A stretch of 62,979 bases of DNA, the filler included, from Octopus bimaculoides (lineage: Eukaryota): NCBI RefSeq assembly GCF_001194135.2. It is 6 parts of 5 records of this genome, joined end to end, with 100 filler letters (N's around TTAATTAATTAA, not from the genome) between each part and the next. Parts side by side here need not be neighbours in the genome. Positions count along the whole stretch, not along the records: positions 52,496 to 58,705 come from NC_068999.1; positions 58,806 to 61,162 come from NC_068985.1; positions 61,263 to 62,979 come from NC_068999.1; 3 more parts are not named here. One strand, given 5' to 3'. A program made the position numbers and the translations under genes. Numbering within the stretch: position 1 is the first letter of the stretch; every line of letters begins with the position of its first letter. Below the pieces are notes generated by a model, which saw nothing but the letters and a program-made list of their open reading frames with translations, searched no databases and was not told where the DNA came from. This document shows positions 52,901 to 62,979 of this stretch, in pieces.

Positions 52901-54332
52901 AAATATAATTGTGCACGTATGGGTATATGTATGTGTGCGTGTGCGCGTGTGCGGATATGTATATGTGAACATGTGTATGGTTGCATATATATATATGTGC
53001 ACACATAAGCGTGTGTGTGGGTGTGCATGTATGTGTTTCACATGAGTGTGAGTGAGCATATGCATATAGGCACATGTACGTGGGTGTGCATGNNNNNNNN
53101 NNNNNNNNNNNNNNNNNNNNNNNNNNNNNNNNNNNNNNNNNNNNNNNNNNNNNNNNNNNNNNNNNNNNNNNNNNNNNNNNNNNNNNNNNNNNGTTTATGG
53201 CGGCATGTGTCTTTTATGCATAAAGTTCATATAATGCATATAATTGCTGTACATAGAAAAAAGATCTTTTCAGGTTGGTGGGTGGTGACAAAGTAGGTAG
53301 TGGGTTCTGCTTGAAATTTCGGAGTGTGAACAGTTTCTTATGTATACAGGGGGAGAAGGTTTCATCCTTAATATTTAAAATATTTGCATTTGATGTAATG
53401 TTTAATTTTTCAGTGATGCAAATTTCGCATCACACACATAAAATTCGCATTAACTGGTCGGTTAAATTTTGTTCGACAGATTATTCATCCAGTTAAGAAA
53501 GATGGACTTATGATGTTCGTAAAGGAAAACAGATGATAAGCTGCACTAGCTAGAAAATAATGAGCTGCATTCAATAGAAGGTGATGCTCCGGTAGTAATA
53601 TTGGTTTCTTGTTAAACTATTGTTGAAAAAGAAATTCAAAGGTCAGAAAGCAAATCTAAAGATAGGCAACGAAAGTCAGGCTGGGCGAGAAAAATACAAA
53701 ATGCAAAAAAAATACAAAAGAATGAAATAAAACAAAGTGTGATAAAATCAGTAAGTAATGAATAAAAAAATCTAAAGTATACAATATAAATGAATTATAA
53801 ATGAATTAATCGGTGAAGGGTATAAATTAAATGGAACGAAATTAAAGCTACTTGTAAAATGAAATAGAGCATATATATATCTACTATTAGAAAAAATACG
53901 TTTTCAACGGGCTCCCGGTAACGAATGTGCAATGATATACAGTAATCGGCCGGATTTATCTGCAGCCTACCTACATATATGTCCTCCAACGATTTCCTTT
54001 CCACATAATTTTCAGAAAAATGGATATCTGTTAAACGAAATTTTCTACAAATACGCTTTAGGTGGTGTAGATTCTGATCATATCGGAATTCGTTATGAAA
54101 TAAAGATTAAAAAAAAACAGAGAAAAAGTGAATTGTGTCAGTATGTATGTGTACTATTCCACCAATTTATATTTTCATATTAAATTCCGATTTAATCGTA
54201 ATCTACACACTATATGTCTGAATCTATGTGTGTATTTATATATCAAGCGCAAGTGTTTTAAGTTAGTATAATAACAAAATGTAAATAAATTTGGGGTAAC
54301 TTTATTTACATTATTTATTTAGAATAAGTATA

Positions 54333-55572
54333 CTTATGCTGATATAGAAACTAATAACCAGCCAATAACTTATTATAGCACCTGAAAACAAAACATTTTT
54401 TCCGATTCTTTTTTTTTTATTCCTTTTTTTCTAGATCAGTTAATTCTCACCAACGGTTTGTTTTGCTTGTAATATGTAAATGAGATCCTGGCACAACCAC
54501 CAACTCGGTATATGTATAAATTCCAGATAATGCAAGTTCTTTCAGCTAATATAGAACTGTAAAGTTGGGGTAAGTTGCAAAAAATTTAATTCAAGGAACC
54601 ATATGTTTCTTTCTAATTTTGGCACAAGGCCAGTAATTTCAAGATTAAGGTAAAGTTGATTTCGTCGACATTTGAACTCAGAACTTATCGCCAGAAGAAA
54701 TGCTACTAAGTATTTTGTCCGATGTGGCATCGATTCAACCACTTCGTCGCTTTGAACGGGCCATATAATACTAAAATTTGATTGCTAGTATGAAAATGAT
54801 AGAGATATATTTTGAAGGCGTACGGCCTAGTGGTTAGAGTGTTACACTCACGATCATGAGACTGTGATTTTGATTTCCGAACCTGGCGGTCGTGTTCATG
54901 ACCAAGACACGTCATTTCACATTCCCCCAGTTCACTCAGCTGTAAATGTGACGCCAGTCCTGCGACGGACCGGAGTCTCGTTCAAGGGAAATCTTGTGAT
55001 CTTAATTACTTATGTGCCATGGAAACCGGATAACTGTCCCTATGAGTACTAGAACTCATGGCAATAACATCTGAGGGGAAAATAGAGATATCATAATACC
55101 TCAGGACAAAAGTTAACAGAGGAATTCAGTATAAAACTATATTAACTCTCAATTATAATAACGTTAAGAATTGCCCGTTAAACTTAGAATCACTTTTGAA
55201 ACCATGTTATTAATAAAACACGTATAACGCTTGTTTAGCTGAGTGCAATATAAATTTCTATTTAATGTAAATGAGTACAGAACGGTATCTTTTTCATTAT
55301 TCTTTGAGTGCCTTTGAAATAACACATGCAGAATCAATCCCATCACAATTACGTATCAAATTAATTAGCTGAAAGAACCTGCATTATCTAGAATTTATAC
55401 ATATACCGAGTTGGTGGTTGTTCCAGGATCTCATTTACATATTACAAGCAAAACAAACCGTTGGTGAGAATTAACTGATCTAGAAGAAAAAAGAAGAAAA
55501 AAAAAGAATCGGAAAAATGTTTTGTTTTCAGGTGCTATATTGGCTGGTTATTAGTTTCTATATCAGCATAAG
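54333..55572. repeat. Inverted repeat, arms 54333-54550 and 55364-55572
   Basis: Hand alignment: about 3 substitutions outside the poly-T tract plus one 8-bp indel; no N gap nearby. Confidence 0.95.
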
Positions 55573-55689
55573 GATTTTATAGCTATGTTCTTCATTAATA
55601 TTTTGTGGTTCTTAATGTTTTAATGTCTTATGGTTCTTAAAGTATACGTATTCTATTTAGATAAGAAAACCCAGACATATTTCTATCAT

Positions 55690-56556
55690 TTTATTACTTC
55701 AAAAGTTTGTCGTCCACCAAATTATAGCTTAGCATTGCAAGGAGTCTCCACATCCAGTCGTACTGCTTGCACAGATTCCCGTGACTCTCTTTTGCCATCC
55801 AATTCTTATTGTTCATTATATACGGTAAGTCTGAGGGACTGCAGTTTATGTCATCACAAATCTGCTTGTCGCCCCCTGCTAGCTCTTCCTTGTGTAGACT
55901 CCCATAAAAGAACTTCACAAACAATTTCGTCTTTAGCTTTCCAACAATACTCTGCGAACCCAACTCTATGCTCTTTGATGGTGTCTGATCCTAGACGAAG
56001 GTTCCTATACAATCGCTCATTGATCAGACGATCTCACCAGGTAACGTTCAAAGCCATTCTTAGCATACGAGCGTAGGCTCCATCCAGTCTTCTTTCCAAT
56101 TTTGAGGTCAGCATCCATGCTGAGCAGACTTACAATAGAACAGAAGTGACTGTTGCTTGAAAGAGGTTCCTTTTCATGTTGTCTGAAAGTCTAGAAATCC
56201 ACACTAGAGATAACTTGTCGACGACACTCGAGGCTTTATCAATGCGTGTATTTACATCGCTTTTGCAGCTAGAAATTTTTTTACCATAATAAGTAAATTC
56301 TTATACACAATTGAGAGATGTGCCAGAGACTGTTTTGATCGTCCCATTTTGATTTAAGCTTATCTATTCTGTTTTGGAGACCAATATCTTTTGCTGAACA
56401 TTCAAGACTATGGAGAAGAGGTTTACACTACATCCACAAAGGAGTAATAGATATCCTGCTACAAAATGCACAGATACACAGTATGTTGATGATTTAGAAC
56501 TATTCTCCGATCTGAAAAGCTAAACAGAAACTCTTTCCCATTGTATTGAACAAATT
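55690..56556 (-). mobile_element. RTE-clade LINE remnant with an inverted 5' segment
   Basis: Minus: LLHSLECSAKDIGL...NLFQATVTSVLL...LDGAYARMLRMALNVTW. Plus 56419-56556: FTLHPQRSNRYPATKCTDTQYVDDLELFSD. Confidence 0.85.
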
Positions 56557-56714
56557 ATTATAGTATTCAGGCAAATTTTGTCTGTCTAAGAGTCAGATGT
56601 CAACTACCTCAATAGCTATCATCCACACACACACACAGAAAGATATAAAATACGCATATTCACAGATGTTTTCAAAGGTTTATATGTCATACTGTACTTA
56701 CTAAGTAGAATATA

Positions 56715-57891
56715 CAGGGTGCGTAAGATATTTGAGGACAGATTTATGTTCATAAAAAAACCAGATATATAACAGATAATAACTTTATCAATCCAAAAAA
56801 GTTATGAAGATAAAAATAAACTTTCTTTTCTATAATGTTATTCAATAAAGCCACCTTCAACTTCAACAACTACTTCTATATGAGATTTAAATCATCTACA
56901 TGCTCAAATCAAGTGGTCCTGGTTCATTTTGGACATTACTCTGATTATGGCAGCTTTCATAGAATATTTGGTGCTATGGGTGTGTTCAGCAACGCTCCAC
57001 ACGTTATGGGCGTGTTCAACAATGCTCCAATGGATTGAGATCTGGGGAATTAGAAGGCCAAATGTTAGGGGTTGTGTGATCATGAACATTTTCAACCATC
57101 CACTCCTGTGTTACTAGAGCCATTTGTGATAGTGCAGAGTCTTACTGAAACACATATGGCCTTCCATTGCATACACTGTCTATCCAGGGCTTAACAATTG
57201 TTTCCAGGACCTTAATGTAGATAGCAGAGTTAACCTTAAGGCCTTGTAGAAAGAAGTAAGGAGGCATCACATGTCCTTCATTGCTGACAACCCCTAAGAC
57301 CATGACAGTTGCAGGAAATTTTGTATGTGTAACACTTGGAACTTCAGAAGGGTCTGTACATAATCATCTGTCATTTCTTCTGTTAACTTTTTGATCTTGG
57401 TCGATGTTTTTCTTGTTTGAGAAAAAACAAATCAAATCTTCTTCTGCTGGATTTTTCAGTTTGTTTAAGAGCCTTTTAAATCTGATGTAGTGATTTTCTT
57501 TTGCTTTTTCTGAGACTTATATCTTATGTCTTTGCGGACAATATTTCTGACTGTTCCATCTGACACATGGAGATCTTTTTCAATTGACCTCATGGACTTT
57601 CTGGGATTGTAATCAATGGTCTGTTAAATTTGCTGGATAAATTCAGGTGTTCTGATGATTTCAGAGCATGTAGAATGCTTTTTATGCTTTGATACTGGTG
57701 ATACGTTTCCATGTTCAGGCTCTAACTCCTTACAAACTCTGTAGACGAAAGATCAGGCAACTTTTAAAACTCGAGCTATTTCTAAATCACGATGCTCAGC
57801 CTTTATAACCACAATAACAACATGCCTCTTCATTTCTTGAGTTAGCTGAGGGTCTGAAACAAATTATACAGAGTTAGCAAAAAATGCAGCA
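56715..57891 (-). mobile_element. Near full-length decayed maT-like (probably DD37D) transposon
   Basis: TA + TIR CAGGGTGCGTAAGATATTTGAGGA at 56715. Minus: MKRHVVIVVIKAEH, KNIDQDQKVNRRND, KFPATVMVLGVVSNEG, GRPYVFQ*DSA, WPSNSPDLNPL, MKAAIIRVMSKMNQDHLI. The other TIR falls in the N gap. Confidence 0.9.
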
Positions 57892-58642
57892 NNNNNNNNN
57901 NNNNNNNNNNNNNNNNNNNNNNNNNNNNNNNNNNNNNNNNNNNNNNNNNNNNNNNNNNNNNNNNNNNNNNNNNNNNNNNNNNNNNNNNNNNNNNNNNNNN
58001 NNNNNNNNNNNNNNNNNNNNNNNNNNNNNNNNNNNNNNNNNNNNNNNNNNNNNNNNNNNNNNNNNNNNNNNNNNNNNNNNNNNNNNNNNNNNNNNNNNNN
58101 NNNNNNNNNNNNNNNNNNNNNNNTATATATGTACAGACACACGTTTGAAAGATAATTTTGGTGTGTTTATACACACAAATAAAAAATAAAAATATTCCAT
58201 TCTTACATTCATTCTAATTGACTCAGTCATATTCTCAAACTCGTTGATTATTTTATTATAAATAAATAAACGTATATCATAGATCACCAGTAGATATATG
58301 TAATCATGATACCCAAATTTAAAAGTTCGTATTGGTCTAGTTAAAGCCCTTTTGAGGTCGGGATATATGTATTCCTCATATATTGATGTAGAAGTCCGTT
58401 TAGAAATCTTCCACAAGGAGGTTTCAAATGGTAAATACTCTGTAGTGTATTTCTTGTAAGTTTTTCCAGACTTATAGTAGTTTCTCATAATGATAATCGT
58501 AGATGTGCTTAATAGAGTAAATTCTAGGGTTAATATCCAAATGAAATTATTACACACACACACATACACACATACCTACGCGCGTACGCACACACACATA
58601 TATGCGTACATAGACGTGTTCATATACAAATATACATATACT

Positions 58643-58705
<63 letters not shown>

Positions 58706-58805
58706 NNNNNNNNNNNNNNNNNNNNNNNNNNNNNNNNNNNNNNNNNNNNTTAATTAATTAANNNNNNNNNNNNNNNNNNNNNNNNNNNNNNNNNNNNNNN
58801 NNNNN

Positions 58806-59342
58806 GGTCAGCAGGTGGGGGACAAAATTGGCACAAACACGCCACATGTTCAATTCAGACGTTAGGATTGCTTGTACAGAGCTATAAGACAGACCAACAA
58901 CATCAGCAATGTCGTTGATTGTCCTCCGACGATCCTCATGCACAAGTTGATGAATTTTCTCCACTTTTCTGGGAGTAACACTTGTGACAGGTCTTCCGAA
59001 TCGCTCATCGTCTTCCATGGACGTTCTTCCGCTTCCGAAGCGCACCTGCCACTCGAAGCATTGCGTAAGACTCATTGCCTCGTTGCCGTAAGCTTGCCGA
59101 AACATGCTCAATATCCCTGTAGCAGAATTTCAAGTTGGCTCTTTTTTCCAACTTCCTGCCCATGACAAAAATCGCAGAATAGCATACACGAAATTACAAA
59201 ATCAAAAATTCCACAACTTGCGAAGTAAACACAGCGGTTTCACTCATGAATGTCATTACTAGCTCTCACTGCGCATGCAACCGTGTGCTGCCATCTGATG
59301 GCGCGCTAAAGAGCCAGCCGAGAACATTTTGATACCACCTCG
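58806..59342 (-). mobile_element. Mariner element 5' half (TIR and HTH region), cut by an assembly gap
   Basis: Terminus TA-CGAGGTGGTATCAAAATGTTC. QAYGNEAMSLTQCFEW..RF.SGRTSMEDDERFGRP...HEDRRRTI...FVPHLLT. Confidence 0.92.
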
Positions 59343-59378
<36 letters not shown>

Positions 59379-60145
59379 CCAATGCTGATGTACCGATATG
59401 AAGCTTTTTTGATTTTTAATTAGAGAACGAGGCGCTATAACCACATACAATAATATAAACATGGGGCAAACAATTTAGCTCATTCAAATTAGCTAATAGT
59501 TTAGAATGTGTAGCCAAAAGCGAGACGTACATTACAATTAAAGATTATATTTACAATTTTACTGGGAATCCAAAATCTGAATAATTAGTCAAGCTAAAGT
59601 AGAAAAAGGATTAGTTAACAAGAATATCTTCAGGAAAATTAATAATAAAGCTAGGAAAGAAACCTGACTCCAGCAATGGAATAATAAGTAGTTAAGCATG
59701 CAGTTGGTTTCAACAGCATTAATAAATACAACTCTAATTCAATTCAATTAGGCACAGTCGAATCTTAACTTGATTTTGAATTTCTACTTAGCAGCGTAAT
59801 ACACGTTAGTAGAGTACATGATGATAAAGGTGCTAGTGACTTAGGTACCACTGTGTAACCTAGAAAACCTGTGCTCTTTTACAAGTATTCTATTTTCATC
59901 AAATTCCGGATCTTTGTGTTGTCGAACGCATTCAATCTTCTATCTTTTAACCTATTTTAGTCAGTAGACTGCGGCCGTGTTGGGGCGCCGCCTTGAAGGG
60001 TTTATTCAAGCAACGCGATACCAGCTTCATTTTAAAACCTGGTGCCTATTCTATCTGACTCTTTTTTGCCAAACTGCTAAGTTACGGGGTTGTAAACAAA
60101 CCAAAGCAACATCGATCGTCAAGCAGTGGACGGGACAAACACAAA

Positions 60146-60194
<49 letters not shown>

Positions 60195-60316
60195 TTCTGT
60201 GTGAGTTAGAGGTTGAGAAACCAACCAAGGGATAGTACCTATCCAATTATTCATAATCAAGCATGGCAATCTCGCAATTGAGTATTATATGTGGGTGGAG
60301 GTTAAAAAGTTTTGTC

Positions 60317-60394
<78 letters not shown>

Positions 60395-60402
<8 letters not shown>

Positions 60403-61030
60403 TAAATAATATATATATATGCATATATACATACGTATATGTACATACATCTATACGTATACATATATGCACATGTGGGCACAGGACGTCATGAAACGTG
60501 TACAACAAAAAAGTACGAAGCACGAGTACATGGAAATTGAACTATTCTTTCAAACAACGAAAGACACAAATGGAAAACAAGACAAACATGAAGAATGACC
60601 CTTCATCAGTTGCTGGCTGTTTTTCTAGTCTCGTATTTCGAGCATTTAACAACAATATACGCTTTCGATAAAACAGTTGGTCCCGCAAAGCAAATTAAAT
60701 AACATTTGGGATTTTGCAGAGAGTCAAAATAGGTAACACAAGCAGAACAGTCAAAATAAACAGAAAGGGCTGCTAAGCCTAAACGAGGTTGTGGTGGCGA
60801 ACGCGTAAATCAATCTAGGACTGGAGACAAACAAGAACATGTCTTCATTGTTCCAGCTACAACGGAAAGAAAGAAAGATGGCCGATGGTCACGTGGGAGC
60901 AACGTGATCAATGGAGGAGGGAGGGGGAGAGAGAGTGACAGAATAAGAGAGAAAAAACGAAAGAGTAAAAAGATCGTATAGATCGTATAGATGAGGATGT
61001 GTGGCGTTCAATCATATAAAAATATAAATA

Positions 61031-61081
<51 letters not shown>

Positions 61082-61162
61082 CATACGTATATGTGCATAC
61101 TTATATCTATACTTATATATATATATATATGCATATGTGGGCACAGGACGTCATGAAACATG
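60395..61162. repeat. Tandem (period 662 bp) dispersed repeat
   Basis: GCACAGGACGTCATGAAAC at 60479 and 61141, each preceded by the same AT-rich block. A related fragment is at 49625-49740. Confidence 0.7.
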
Positions 61163-62699
61163 NNNNNNNNNNNNNNNNNNNNNNNNNNNNNNNNNNNNNN
61201 NNNNNNTTAATTAATTAANNNNNNNNNNNNNNNNNNNNNNNNNNNNNNNNNNNNNNNNNNNNATATATATATTCGGCTCTGTCTGTTTTCTTCCGAAATA
61301 CATTCAACTAAACGTATCGGTGAGACATGCCTCACATGTTGTTGATGGAATTAACGCATATTGGAAAGTAGATTTTTTCTATAAAATGCTTAGATAACAA
61401 TTATTTGAGGGAAACTTTTCAACTTCAAATTATATAAGAACCAACTATATAAATTTAGCTATGTTTGTTGATACTCTTCGTGATGTCTAACTGTATTGTA
61501 CCTTTATCATAATTTCGCAAACGTCATTACGAATTATCGGTACTTCATGGATTTCCTATAGTGTTTCTCTACTTTGTGAACTACCCCGCTCAATTAATGA
61601 CTTGTACCTAGTTGGATATAAACGATCTCAGGGTTGGTATAATACAGGTTAGGAAATGTGGATTGAAACAGTGAACATTGCAGCAAACGTTATTTGATAT
61701 TACACATACAGTATAATATGATGATGCTGTTGCAGAACATGTAACTACTATTCTGATGCACGTCAGAATATTTTTTCAGTACAGCAGTTGTAAAAATTTG
61801 GATGATATTATAAATGCAATAATCGTCTAAAATTATGTTATGTATACAAAGCAATCAATTGAATAATCAAAATATACATGAATAAAAATATGCACGAATG
61901 AAACCGAAATGTTTATGACTGCAATTCTAGATTAGATATTTCTCGAATACATATGTAAGTGTAAAAGAATATTATAAAATAGAAAATGCAGCATAAAATA
62001 CATCAAAATTAGCTTAATAAAAGTAAGGTAGAGCGGACGATAAAAAAAATCTATCAATATGAACTAGCAAGAAACACAGTTTCTCCTGCGTAAAGAACAA
62101 CAAAAAGACACTAGAAGTTTCTTAAGGTGTCACGAGATGAGAAAAATTGTATCACATGTTTTATGGCTTATCTTATTTTTTTATGTCGTATCAATATAAG
62201 TTTGAAATTTCTATATCTGGTTAGATATTTATTTTACGTTCCACGTTGTGTACAAATGGTTCAGCATTCAGCAATTATAGTTTCTACTGAGGGGATCGAA
62301 GCAGTATATAATTATGTCAGGTAAATCTTGATACTGGAACAAAATATATGAATTAGGAAAACACATTTATTTCATAGTTACTAGTATAAGACCTTCCTGT
62401 TGGTCATGTGCTGGTCATTATTAGAATGTCCAGGTCAACACTGATTGAATAACATTAAATGACCATCCAACCATTTGGTATACCATCAAAATACAGGGTA
62501 GAATATGAAACAGAGAGATCTTAGGGCAACATAATCGCTAAATTCTGTTGACCCAACCATCATCTCCCTCAATAAAATGCAGATGAATTTAATATTTGCC
62601 CATATTTTCATACTTCGTATAAGCACCACACGAAGTCTAATTCTGATACACTCACCTTCTAAAGTTACACACACACACACACAGAAAAACACAGGCACA

Positions 62700-62971
62700 T
62701 ACACACATTTGACAGATATTTGTCCTCATCTTGTTCGTTGCTACACAACGTTTTCGCTGATTACCCTCCAGCCTTCATCGGGTATCTTGAGAAAAATTCA
62801 AAACTAGGTTCTCATTCCTAAGGATATTTTTATCTTCTTCTTCTTCATCTTATTATTATTATTATTGTTATTATTGTTATTATTATTATTCAGGTCATTG
62901 CCTGGAATCGAACTCGAAATATTGGGGTTAGTAGCCCACGCTTTTAACAACCACGCCATATGCCTGTGGGC
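62700..62971 (-). mobile_element. tRNA-headed SINE (family D) with an internal (AAT)n tract
   Basis: Minus: TGGCGTGGTTG (A-box-like), GAGTTCGATTCC (B box), AAT run, then a tail containing CCGATGAAGGCTG...CAGCGAAAAC. Confidence 0.75.
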
Positions 62972-62979
62972 AAATATAT

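Noticed and set aside
55630-56076. 148-aa plus-strand ORF
   Set aside because: It is antisense to the RTE remnant; a shadow ORF.
56975-57035. Apparent DD37E catalytic signature (SPDLNPLE) in the maT copy
   Set aside because: The E arises at a local 30-bp tandem duplication/deletion (56975-57029) that appears to have removed the true third residue; not evidence of a new family.
60590-60645. Possible type II hammerhead (GAAA…CUGAUGA) on the minus strand
   Set aside because: No stem III or cleavage triplet can be formed.
62246-62320. ATG…MVQHSAIIVSTEGIEAVYNYV followed by a GTAAAT donor
   Set aside because: Short, with no recognisable homology and no supporting neighbouring exon.

Overview
AT-rich, repeat-dense eukaryotic scaffold segment with many N gaps. 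The SINE families and microsatellite load are most consistent with an octopus/coleoid cephalopod (inference, not a database result). The only host gene I can support is PGS1 (mitochondrial phosphatidylglycerophosphate synthase): two + strand exons, 23450-23527 and 25436-25722, the second with the HxKxxxxD motif. I could not find its flanking exons. The rest is mostly decayed mobile DNA: three tRNA-headed SINE families in many copies, R4/Dong-like and RTE-like LINE remnants, two Penelope-type GIY-YIG remnants, maT-like and mariner transposases, non-autonomous DNA elements and microsatellites. Most supplied ORFs are microsatellite, N-run or antisense-TE artefacts. I found no evidence for a complete novel multi-gene system. 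The best leads are structural: a probable locally templated inverted insertion that splits a SINE, a second ungapped ~215-bp inverted repeat, alternating CpG-poor and CpG-rich domains, an RTE copy with a twin-priming-like 5' inversion, (TAA)n targeting by an R4/Dong element, a SINE tail with a hammerhead-like core and an unexplained ~120-140 codon ORF. TE boundaries are approximate (tens of bp) unless a junction is quoted.
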